Source of the DNA: Comamonadaceae bacterium
Lineage (GTDB): Bacteria > Pseudomonadota > Gammaproteobacteria > Burkholderiales > Burkholderiaceae_C
DNA: 64,000 nucleotides
NCBI GenBank assembly: GCA_031414805.1
Contig: JANOQJ010000088.1
Location: 12,882-76,881 of the forward strand
Direction of reading: 5' to 3'
The notes beneath the pieces were generated by a model, which saw only the letters and a list, made by a program, of their open reading frames with translations, was not told the DNA's origin and made no database searches. Both the position numbers and the translations under genes were made by a program. The stretch's first letter is position 1; every line of letters starts with the position of its first letter. Below are positions 9,089-18,893 of the stretch, piece after piece.

Positions 9089-10270
9089 ATGAACCGCAAC
9101 CTCTGGCTGTTGGCGCTATGCCAAGGCCTGTTTCTCACCAACAACGTGACCTTCATCGCCATCAACGGCCTGGTCGGCCTGGCCCTGGCCCCGTTAGGTT
9201 GGATGGCGACGTTACCGGTGATGGGGTACGTCGTGGGCGGGGCGCTGTCGACCGTGCTGGTGGCGCACACGCAAGCGCGGCATGGGCGCAAGCGATCGTT
9301 TCAAATGGGCGCGGTGGTGGCTTTCGTGAGTTGCCTGCTGTGCGCTTGGGCGGCGATTGAAAAACAATTTTGGTGGCTGTGTGCAGCCACGGTGGTGGCG
9401 GGTTACTACAACGCCAATGCACAGTTGTACCGCTTTGTTGCCGCTGAATTGGCCAAGCCTGAAGCGCGAGAAAAAGCCGTCTCCATCGTGATGGCGGGCG
9501 GCCTGCTGGGTGCCGTGGCGGGGCCGAATCTGGCGGCTTACACGCGCACCGCCCTGGGCGTTCCGTTTGCCGGGGCCTATGTGGCGCTGGCGGGGGTGGC
9601 GGTCTTGAGTTTGTTGCTGCTGTCGGTGATTGACTTTCCCCCGCCACCGCCCAAAAACACCGCAGCGGGCGGACGGCCACTGAGCGAAATCATCCGCCAG
9701 CCGATCTTCATCGTCGCCGCGGCCGCCGGGGCTCTGGGTTACGGCGTGATGAACCTGCTGATGGCCGCCACGCCGCTGGCCATGCAGCAATGCGGCCTGC
9801 CGTTCTCTGACGCGGCGCTGGTGCTGCAGTGGCATGTGATTGGCATGTTTGCGCCCGGGTTTTTCACCGGGCACCTGATCAAACGCTTTGGCGCGTTACC
9901 CATCATGGGCGTGGGCGTGGCGCTGAATGCGGCTTGCATTGCGGTGGCCTTGTCGGGCGTGGACTTGCATCAGTTTCTGCTGGCATTGTTGATGCTGGGC
10001 GTGGGCTGGAATTTTTTGTTCACGGGCAGCACCACCCTGTCGCTGCAGGCCTTTCGGCCAGAAGAAAAAGACCGGGCACAGGGCGCTTTGAACTTTTGCG
10101 TGTTTGCCACCTTGGCTGTGACCTCGCTGGCCTCAGGCGTGCTGGTCACGACGCAGGGCTGGGCGCTGCTGAATTGGGGGTCGCTGCTGCCGGTGGCGGT
10201 GACAGCGGGGGCGCTGGTCTGGCTTGCAGTTGTCACCCGGCGCGTCCAGAATGCACCGTCGGTTAGCTAA
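9089..10270 (+). CDS. MFS transporter
   Basis: 393 aa with about 12 hydrophobic helices. Confidence 0.8.
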   Translation: MNRNLWLLALCQGLFLTNNVTFIAINGLVGLALAPLGWMATLPVMGYVVGGALSTVLVAHTQARHGRKRSFQMGAVVAFVSCLLCAWAAIEKQFWWLCAATVVAGYYNANAQLYRFVAAELAKPEAREKAVSIVMAGGLLGAVAGPNLAAYTRTALGVPFAGAYVALAGVAVLSLLLLSVIDFPPPPPKNTAAGGRPLSEIIRQPIFIVAAAAGALGYGVMNLLMAATPLAMQQCGLPFSDAALVLQWHVIGMFAPGFFTGHLIKRFGALPIMGVGVALNAACIAVALSGVDLHQFLLALLMLGVGWNFLFTGSTTLSLQAFRPEEKDRAQGALNFCVFATLAVTSLASGVLVTTQGWALLNWGSLLPVAVTAGALVWLAVVTRRVQNAPSVS

Positions 10271-10295
10271 ATCGACTTAACTTCAGGAGCACAGC

Positions 10296-10763
10296 ATGGG
10301 ATTATTGGATTCGGTTTTAGGCGCAGTCGCGGGACAAATGGGTGGGCAACAAAATCAGGCGGCGGCTGGTGGGCTGGGTGGCATTTTGAGCATGGTGGCC
10401 AACAACCCACAGATGCTGCAGGTCATCACCGGCATGCTGGGTAACGACGGCCAGCAAGGTGGCCTGGGCGGCTTGATGGACAAATTCCAGCAGGCTGGCA
10501 TGGGCGACGTGATGGGCTCCTGGGTGGGCGGTGGCCAGAATCAAGCCATCAATGGCGACCAGCTCAGCCAGGTGCTGGGTGGCGATGCGCTCAGCAGCAT
10601 TGCCGAACGACTGGGCATGTCGCAAGGCGACGCGGCGGGCCAACTGTCGCAAATTCTGCCGGGGCTGATTGACCAGCTCACACCGCAAGGTCAGGCACCT
10701 GCCGGTGGCCTGGGTAACAGCGGTGATTTGATGGGAATGCTGGGTGGTTTGCTATCTAAATAA
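10296..10763 (+). CDS. YidB-family (DUF937) glycine-rich protein
   Basis: MGLLDSVLGAV start, G/Q-rich middle and GMLGGLL end. The stop lies inside repeat copy 10751..10812. Confidence 0.7.
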   Translation: MGLLDSVLGAVAGQMGGQQNQAAAGGLGGILSMVANNPQMLQVITGMLGNDGQQGGLGGLMDKFQQAGMGDVMGSWVGGGQNQAINGDQLSQVLGGDALSSIAERLGMSQGDAAGQLSQILPGLIDQLTPQGQAPAGGLGNSGDLMGMLGGLLSK

Positions 10764-10812
10764 TAGCTGTTTGAGCAGTATTGATAAGGGCTGACGGCTC
10801 TTATCATCAAAA
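10751..10812 (+). repeat. structured ~60-nt repeat, spans the yidB-like stop codon
   Basis: gctatctaaataatagctgtttgagcagtattgataagggctgacggctcttatcatcaaaa. Confidence 0.88.
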
Positions 10813-10832
10813 TTTTGGCAACTGGGTGCGCG

Positions 10833-11786
10833 CTACTCGCTACCCATGGGCGTAAATTCTGTGGGCATCATGCTGCGGCTGACAGGGGCTTGCTTGAAGT
10901 GCAGATCCAGCCACTGGCACAGCTGGTCAAACACCTGTGCCCTGCGCACTTCGTTGAACAGCTCGTGATACAGGTCGGGAAAGCATTTGCTGGTCACCAC
11001 TGCGCGTGGCGCGGCTTGCTCGAAGGCCCGGCTGCCTTGCGGATTGACCAGCTTGTCTTGTCCGGCATACATCAGCAAAGTGGGCAGCGTCCATTGCGCC
11101 GCTCGGGCCACCACGGCAGGGCCTGTGTCGGCAATGAACCGTGCCAGACGCCCCGATATCCGGTCGTGAACCAACGGGTCGTTTTGGTACGCCTGGATGA
11201 CCGCAGCGTCGTGTGAAATGTATTGGCTGTCCAGGCCGTTGCTCAAGGTCAGGTTCGGTGCCACGCGGGGCACGATGGACAGCAGCAATTTTTGAAACAA
11301 ACCGAGCCCCGCGTCCAGCGCGGGTGACGACAAAATCAGGCCGTTCAGTGGCGGTTTGAATCGGCCGCTCGCGCCCCCCATGCCGGGCGTCTGGGACATC
11401 AGCGACACATAACGCGCTGCCACCAGACCCCCCATGCTGTGCCCCAGCAACAACAGCGGCACGTCCGCATCCATTCGGCCCCGCGTGCTTTCCACCACAT
11501 CGGCCAGGTCTTCAATCAAGCGGTTGTCGTGCGGCAACGTGCCGCGCACACCCGCCGAGTCGCCATGGCCGTAGTGGTCGTAGCCGCGCACCGCGAAACC
11601 CCAGTCGTTCAGCTGGCGGGCCACATGGTCGTAGCGACCCGCGTGCTCACCCAGCCCGTGCACGATGAGCACCACACCGCGCAAAGCGCCTTCGTGCCCG
11701 GCCACGGGCCAGTCTTGCACGGCCAGGTTGTCACCTTGTACCGACGTGTAGGTGGACAGGGTGGAGTCGTTGGTGTCGCTGGCCAT
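10833..11786 (-). CDS. alpha/beta hydrolase (lysophospholipase / monoacylglycerol-lipase-like)
   Basis: HGLGEHAGRY plus the nucleophile elbow GHSMGG. ATG at 11786 (MASDTND). The longer ORF to 12068 would overlap the neighbouring gene. Confidence 0.8.
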   Translation of the reverse strand: MASDTNDSTLSTYTSVQGDNLAVQDWPVAGHEGALRGVVLIVHGLGEHAGRYDHVARQLNDWGFAVRGYDHYGHGDSAGVRGTLPHDNRLIEDLADVVESTRGRMDADVPLLLLGHSMGGLVAARYVSLMSQTPGMGGASGRFKPPLNGLILSSPALDAGLGLFQKLLLSIVPRVAPNLTLSNGLDSQYISHDAAVIQAYQNDPLVHDRISGRLARFIADTGPAVVARAAQWTLPTLLMYAGQDKLVNPQGSRAFEQAAPRAVVTSKCFPDLYHELFNEVRRAQVFDQLCQWLDLHFKQAPVSRSMMPTEFTPMGSE

Positions 11787-11854
11787 AACGCTTGGGTGTT
11801 GGGGAGGTGTTCTAAAAACGTTTGGGCTTAAGCAGTCGATTGCGCAGATGGTAC

Positions 11855-13369
<1,515 letters not shown>

Positions 13370-13459
13370 GGGTGAGCTCCTGAAAGTGGCCGTTCGACAA
13401 ATAGCCACCACTTTACGCCGCCTGCACGGCACCACACAGTCACCTGGGTGCTTTGTTGC

Positions 13460-14035
13460 TCAGGCTACGAATTTTTTACTCAGCCATTGCAACAAGACCC
13501 GTTGATCAGCCGCAGTGGCGCGCCGAACCTGTACGAGCAATTTGGTGAGATCCGGACGCTGCAACGTCAAATTCGACGCACCTTCGTTACAGACCGAGCA
13601 GATCGCACGCAAGTTACCTGGCTCGTCTCCTCCACCCAGGCTTTTGTCGATGACGTGCCCAATATGCAGCCTCGTTTTACGGGTTGCATCGTAAGGATGT
13701 ACTTCGCCAGCGACAGCGCCGCACATCTGGCAAGTGAATCCATTGCGATCCAGCACAAAGGCTCGCGCTTCTTTGGAGATTTCCCGTGCAAAAGCGGGGC
13801 GGGGCTTGCCACTTTCCAATAGGTATTGCCCAGGTTTGAGTTGCGCGCGGTCGTTATGGGTCTGGATTAAGTAACCTTCCTCATTGCGCAACTCACGGAC
13901 GCGGCGCGCCCATTCGCTGATGCCGCCAGCCACGGCACGCAGCTCCTCGGAGTCCACAACACGCCCCAAATTGGCCAGGAAATGCGCGCGCAACTTGGCT
14001 CTTGCCCCGCGCGAAACTTTGGCGTTGGTCGTCAT
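13460..14035 (-). CDS. HNH endonuclease (candidate type II restriction enzyme)
   Basis: HIGHVIDKSLGGGDEPGNLRAICSVCN is an HNH/beta-beta-alpha-metal motif. Its start overlaps the methyltransferase stop by 4 nt. Confidence 0.75.
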   Translation of the reverse strand: MTTNAKVSRGARAKLRAHFLANLGRVVDSEELRAVAGGISEWARRVRELRNEEGYLIQTHNDRAQLKPGQYLLESGKPRPAFAREISKEARAFVLDRNGFTCQMCGAVAGEVHPYDATRKTRLHIGHVIDKSLGGGDEPGNLRAICSVCNEGASNLTLQRPDLTKLLVQVRRATAADQRVLLQWLSKKFVA

Positions 14036-14991
14036 GCCGCCCTGCGCAAGACTCGGCCAGCCGCCGCTGTTTCGATGGCCAGGGCGATTTGACCGCTAAC
14101 GGCCTGGGCGACAGGTGGCGGAAATGCATTTCCTACTTGGCGATAGCTAGTCGTTTTCTTACCGAAAAGCGCCCAGTCATCGGGAAAACCCTGAACCCGC
14201 GCGCACATGCGAACCGTTAGCCGGGGCATTCCAACAAAGTCTGCGTCAGGTGCAGCATCGGCCAGACTGCGGCCTTCTACACCCAGGCTAGCCCAAGCCG
14301 CTCGAGCTCGTGTGGGACCCAAGTCAGGCCCTCCATGTTTTTTGCTGCCTCCCACCAACGTAGGTGCGATGTCGTTCGCACGCCTGCGCCAAGCATCAGC
14401 GCCACGCCAGCCGTTAGCCGCCATCAAGTCGTGTAGCAACTGGCCCACGGTCGGAGGCAGCCGCATGATCGGTGCAGGCCACTGAAAGTGCTGAGCCACG
14501 TCTTTTCGCAGGGCCACAAAAACCACGCGTGGGCGCAGTTGGCAAACTCCAAAGTCCGATGCGTTGAACAAATGCCAGTCGGTCCAATAGCCCAGAGCCT
14601 GCAATTGCGCAGCAATCTTTTGCCGGTAATCCACAAAAACCGCGTCTAACAAACCTCGGACATTTTCCAACATCACGGCTTGTGGACGGGTTTCATCAAC
14701 CACCCGAATAGCCTGAGGAAACAAATCGCGCGCGTCCTGCTCGCCTAATTGTTGGCCCGCTTTTGAAAAGGGCGGGCATGGGACGCCGCCGGCCACCAAG
14801 TCCACCCCTTGATAAGGGCGTGCATCGAACGCCGCCACGTCACCCTCGATCACATTCCATGCTGGACGATTCAAGCGCAGGGTGCTACAGGCCGCAGCAT
14901 CCAGTTCGACCAACGCTTCATGTTCAAAGCCTGAACGCTCCAGACCCAAGGCTTGACCGCCCGCGCCGGCACACATTTCTAATGAGTTCAT
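14032..14991 (-). CDS. dcm: DNA (cytosine-5)-methyltransferase
   Basis: Motif I EMCAGAGG, motif IV GGVPCPPFS, motif VI ENVRGL and a C-terminal QVGNAFPP. Confidence 0.9.
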   Translation of the reverse strand: MNSLEMCAGAGGQALGLERSGFEHEALVELDAAACSTLRLNRPAWNVIEGDVAAFDARPYQGVDLVAGGVPCPPFSKAGQQLGEQDARDLFPQAIRVVDETRPQAVMLENVRGLLDAVFVDYRQKIAAQLQALGYWTDWHLFNASDFGVCQLRPRVVFVALRKDVAQHFQWPAPIMRLPPTVGQLLHDLMAANGWRGADAWRRRANDIAPTLVGGSKKHGGPDLGPTRARAAWASLGVEGRSLADAAPDADFVGMPRLTVRMCARVQGFPDDWALFGKKTTSYRQVGNAFPPPVAQAVSGQIALAIETAAAGRVLRRAA

Positions 14992-15077
14992 GTTTGGATC
15001 GTTTGCTAGATAAATCTGATCTGTTGGTCACGCTTTGCAGAGTCACTGACAAGCATTAAGACGCAGCACTTTACCCC

Positions 15078-16457
15078 CTAGCCGACCAGAAAGCTCTTAA
15101 TCAGTAAACCCGCCACCGCGCAGCCCGCAATCACGGGAATCACCCCAGCCTTTTGGCTGAACAGCATCCACGCAGCGGCCAGCATGACGACCACTGCCGC
15201 CCAGTCGATTTGGGCATAAAAAGGGCCTTCAGCCCTTTTATTGATTGCTACAGCAGCTATAAAAAACAGAGCAAGATGTGCCATCACACCTACCACCGCC
15301 GCGCTGATGGCTGTCAATGGTGCGGTGAACCCCAGCTTGCCGTGGGTCGATTCCACCAGGGGACCGCCCGCCAGGATGAAGATGAATGAGGGTAAGAAGG
15401 TGAACCAGGTCACGACCACCGCGGCCATTGCGGCCCCCATAAACAGCATGTCGGGCCCTAGCACCTGCCGGGCCCAGCCCCCCAAAAAGCCGACAAAAGC
15501 CACCACCATGATCAGCGGGCCCGGCGTGGTCTCGCCCAGGGCCAAACCATCGATCATTTGCGCCGCCGTCAGCCACTGGAAATGTTCCACCGCGCCCTGG
15601 TACACATAGGGCAGCACTGCATAAGCACCGCCAAAGGTCAGCAGCGCAGCTTTGGTAAAAAACCAGGCCATTTGCGTCACCGTGCCCTGCCAGCCAAAGC
15701 TCAGCAGCAAAGCCGCCATGGGCAGCAACCACAGCGCCGCACCGACCACCAGCACGGTGGCCAGGCGGCTTCGGGAAAAGCGTGCGTGGATGGGCGTGGG
15801 CGTGCCATCGTCGATCGCTGCGGGTGGGTGCGCCGCATCCGTCTCAGCTTTCCCCGCATGACCGCCCGGTCCCGCAAATTGCCCCGGTGCCCAGCGCGAG
15901 CCCAGCCAACCAACCACCGTGGCCACCAGCACGACCGCTGGAAACGGCACGTTCAAGAACGCAATTGCTATAAAACTCATAGCTGCCAGAGCAGTTAATA
16001 CAGGGGCCTTTGTCGGTTTCTTCAATACTTTGCTGCCGATTCGCCAAACCGCGTGCACCACAATGGCCGCCACCGCAGGCTTGATGCCGTACAGCAGCGC
16101 GGCCACCCACGGCACCTGGCCAAACACCACATACACCCAGCTCAGCGCTATCAAAATGAACAGCGACGGCAGCACAAACAGCACGCCCGCCGCCACGCCG
16201 CCCCAGGTGCGGTGCATGAGCCAGCCGATGTAGGTGGCCAGTTGCTGCGCCTCCGGTCCGGGCAGCAACATGCAGTAATTCAGCGCGTGCAGAAAACGCC
16301 TGTCGGAAATCCACCGGCGCTCATCCACCAGCACACGGTGCATCAGCGCGATCTGCCCGGCCGGGCCGCCAAAGCTGATAAAGCCCAGCTTGAACCAGAA
16401 GGCCAGCGCTTGGGTGAATGAAATGGTGTTTGGGTTGTGGTCGGTGGTGGCGATCAT
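15078..16457 (-). CDS. chrA: chromate efflux transporter ChrA
   Basis: Two CHR halves (FGGPAGQIALMH, TFGGAYAVLPY). Start taken at ATG 16457; upstream in-frame ATGs exist. Carries two degenerate repeat copies in frame. Confidence 0.88.
   Translation of the reverse strand: MIATTDHNPNTISFTQALAFWFKLGFISFGGPAGQIALMHRVLVDERRWISDRRFLHALNYCMLLPGPEAQQLATYIGWLMHRTWGGVAAGVLFVLPSLFILIALSWVYVVFGQVPWVAALLYGIKPAVAAIVVHAVWRIGSKVLKKPTKAPVLTALAAMSFIAIAFLNVPFPAVVLVATVVGWLGSRWAPGQFAGPGGHAGKAETDAAHPPAAIDDGTPTPIHARFSRSRLATVLVVGAALWLLPMAALLLSFGWQGTVTQMAWFFTKAALLTFGGAYAVLPYVYQGAVEHFQWLTAAQMIDGLALGETTPGPLIMVVAFVGFLGGWARQVLGPDMLFMGAAMAAVVVTWFTFLPSFIFILAGGPLVESTHGKLGFTAPLTAISAAVVGVMAHLALFFIAAVAINKRAEGPFYAQIDWAAVVVMLAAAWMLFSQKAGVIPVIAGCAVAGLLIKSFLVG
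15231..15267 (-). repeat. degenerate repeat copy inside chrA (reverse orientation)
   Basis: agcccttttattgattgctacagcagctataaaaaac has about 27/38 ungapped matches to the reverse consensus. Its reading frame is the same as the dprA copy. Confidence 0.5.
15967..16007 (+). repeat. degenerate repeat copy inside chrA (forward orientation)
   Basis: gctataaaactcatagctgccagagcagttaatacaggggc has 31/41 ungapped matches to the consensus. Confidence 0.65.
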
Positions 16458-16522
16458 TTGGAGTTTCTCTTTTCTTGCGCGTCGTCTTGCCGCTTCAGCC
16501 TTGCGCCGCCACTCGGCGGTGT

Positions 16523-17455
16523 TCATGGCTGCTTCCAGTTGTGCGCCTCGTCTTGTGCCAGCACCTTGTCGCAGCACCAGGCGTAGAGCGCGTCATACAG
16601 CGGTAGGGCAGCTTGCAGCATGGTGTGGTCATCGGCGTGCAGTCGCGACAAACCCAGCGAAAACGCCAGCAAACCAGCGGATTGCGCTGCCAAGTCCAGC
16701 CGGTCGGTATCCGCCCCGCGCACGATGCGGGCCAGCAAATCCAGCGCGGGGTTTTTAAGTTCAAACCCGCCCAACAATGCATCAAAGCTGCACAACTCAC
16801 CCACATGCGAGACCGGCGCGCCGGGAATGTCGTAGGCCACCGCGTTCAAGCGCCTGGCTTCTTCAAACACCTGGGGTGTGGGCACGTAAAAAAATTCGGC
16901 GCGCGGGTCGATGAAGCGGCTAATTAACCAGGGGCAGGCAATGCGATCAATCTTGGGTCGCTCGCGTGTGATCCAATGCGAGGCGTGCTCGCCCGTGACG
17001 CCCCAATCGGGTCGCTTGCGCAGGGTGAGCGCGGGGTTCCCCCGCCACTGCTTCGTGTTCTGCGGTGTGTCCTCGCCGTCTTGCCCGCCTTCGATGCCAC
17101 CTTCGAGCGCGCAGGCATTCCAACCCGCTGCACGCAACTGCGCCACCGCATCGGCGCTGACGTTATGGCCATAGACGCAATACACCACCACCTCGCGCGG
17201 TGGCTGGCTGGCCGCCCATGCGGCCACGTCTTCGGGCTTGCAGCGCTGCGCGGTGGCGATGAGGTGGGGGCTTGAAGCAAACTTTTCTTCGCGCCGCACA
17301 TCGAGCACCAGCGGCGCGTCAGGTCTCCCCAAACGAAGGTTCAACGCCTGTGGGGAAGTGGAAAAAGCACGGTTGAACGCAGAGGGATTTGCAGATGCAA
17401 TTGAGGTGTCCACGGATAACTCCAAGTGAGAATTACCAGCGCTTGGACGGGACAC
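16523..17455 (-). CDS. rhodanese domain fused to a ChrB C-terminal (chromate resistance) domain
   Basis: N-terminal rhodanese-like segment (VLDVRREEKF...YCVYGHNVS). C-terminal ChrB-type motif RPKIDRIACPWLISRFIDP. Located directly upstream of chrA. Confidence 0.75.
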   Translation of the reverse strand: MSRPSAGNSHLELSVDTSIASANPSAFNRAFSTSPQALNLRLGRPDAPLVLDVRREEKFASSPHLIATAQRCKPEDVAAWAASQPPREVVVYCVYGHNVSADAVAQLRAAGWNACALEGGIEGGQDGEDTPQNTKQWRGNPALTLRKRPDWGVTGEHASHWITRERPKIDRIACPWLISRFIDPRAEFFYVPTPQVFEEARRLNAVAYDIPGAPVSHVGELCSFDALLGGFELKNPALDLLARIVRGADTDRLDLAAQSAGLLAFSLGLSRLHADDHTMLQAALPLYDALYAWCCDKVLAQDEAHNWKQP

Positions 17456-17556
17456 CGTCTATCTGTGAAGCAGGAGTTTCAAGATTCGGGAGGCTGCTTT
17501 CCCGATAGCTCAGATGATAGCTTGCGTTTTGATTCGACTCGCCAACTCACTCCGGG

Positions 17557-17949
17557 TTACTGCCCGAAGATCCACCGCGTGCCCGCAAACGCCACGCCAA
17601 ACAACGCGGCGTAGCCGAACACATGCCAGCTGAACTCGCGGCGGTTTTCGCGCCAGGCGCGCAGCCGCTCCACCAATACGCCTGCCAGGGTGGGTGCCAG
17701 CAGGAGGTTGAGCAATTGCAGCCCAGCAGAGCGAATGGCCAGCTCAGGGAAGAAATACAAAGTAGCAGCACCCGCGAGCACGCCAGTGATTACCGACCAA
17801 GCCACTTCATGTTCTGGCTTTAGTTTGTGTTCACGGCCCGTGGCCTTATACCAACCGGCTTTGGCCCCGCCGCCCAGCGCTTCGGTGAAAAGCTGCAGCA
17901 AAAACTCGCCGAAGAAGTTGAAGATCAACTCAAACAAAAATTCCAGCAT
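17557..17949 (-). CDS. small membrane protein, unknown function
   Basis: 130-aa ORF with 3-4 hydrophobic segments that fits the gap. I recognised no family. Confidence 0.5.
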   Translation of the reverse strand: MLEFLFELIFNFFGEFLLQLFTEALGGGAKAGWYKATGREHKLKPEHEVAWSVITGVLAGAATLYFFPELAIRSAGLQLLNLLLAPTLAGVLVERLRAWRENRREFSWHVFGYAALFGVAFAGTRWIFGQ

Positions 17950-17955
17950 GCGGGC

Positions 17956-18864
17956 TCAGCCTGCCAGCCGATCAAAAGCTTCCTGGTACTTGGCCGCGGT
18001 TTGCGCAATCACGGCTTGCGGCAGCACGGGTGCAGGCGGTGCCTTGTTCCAGGGCTGGCCATCAATGCGCACCTGCTCCAGCCAGTCGCGCAAAAACTGC
18101 TTGTCAAAGCTGGGCGGGTTGCGGCCTTGGGCAAAGGCCTGCGCGTAGCTGTCTGCGGGCCAGTAGCGCGAGCTGTCGGGCGTCAGCACCTCGTCCATCA
18201 GCACCAGGGTTCCGTCAGCGTCGAGCCCAAACTCAAACTTGGTGTCGGCAATGATGATGCCTTTGGCCTGCGCAATCTCGCTGGCGGCGCGGTACAGCGC
18301 CAGGCTGATGGTTTTGATGCGGGTCGCCAAGTCCAGCCCAATCAACTCCACAGTGCGCTCAAAGCTGATGTTCTCGTCGTGCTCACCCGCTTCAGCCTTG
18401 GCTGCGGGGGTGTAAATCGGATGGGGCAGCGGGCTGGCATTGCGCAGGCCACCGGGCAGAAGCACACCGCAAACCGAATGGCTTTGCTGGTATTCGGCCC
18501 AGCCACTACCCGCCAAATAGCCACGCACCACCGCTTCCACCATGATGGGTTTCAGGCGCTTGACCAACATGGACCGCCCTTGCACCTGCGGCACCTCAGC
18601 GGGTGTGACCACGCTCTCGGGTGCAACGCCAGTTAAATGATTCGGGCAAATGTGACCCAACTGGTCAAACCAGAACAAAGCCATTTGCGTCAGCAGCGCG
18701 CCCTTGCCCGGAATCGGCTGGCCCATGATCACGTCAAACGCGCTGATGCGGTCACTGGCCACCATCAGGATGCGGTCAGTGCCGACGGCGTAGTTGTCGC
18801 GGACTTTGCCGCGGGCCAATAAGGGCAGGGAGGTGATGGCGCTGGTGTGAACGGCAGTGGTCAT
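17956..18864 (-). CDS. purC: phosphoribosylaminoimidazole-succinocarboxamide synthase
   Basis: [20 protein letters not shown] and [10 protein letters not shown] motifs. ATG 18864 lies inside ORF 17956..18969. Confidence 0.92.
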   Translation of the reverse strand: MTTAVHTSAITSLPLLARGKVRDNYAVGTDRILMVASDRISAFDVIMGQPIPGKGALLTQMALFWFDQLGHICPNHLTGVAPESVVTPAEVPQVQGRSMLVKRLKPIMVEAVVRGYLAGSGWAEYQQSHSVCGVLLPGGLRNASPLPHPIYTPAAKAEAGEHDENISFERTVELIGLDLATRIKTISLALYRAASEIAQAKGIIIADTKFEFGLDADGTLVLMDEVLTPDSSRYWPADSYAQAFAQGRNPPSFDKQFLRDWLEQVRIDGQPWNKAPPAPVLPQAVIAQTAAKYQEAFDRLAG

Positions 18865-18893
18865 GTTCTTGTGGAAGGCTGGTGGGGCACGTC

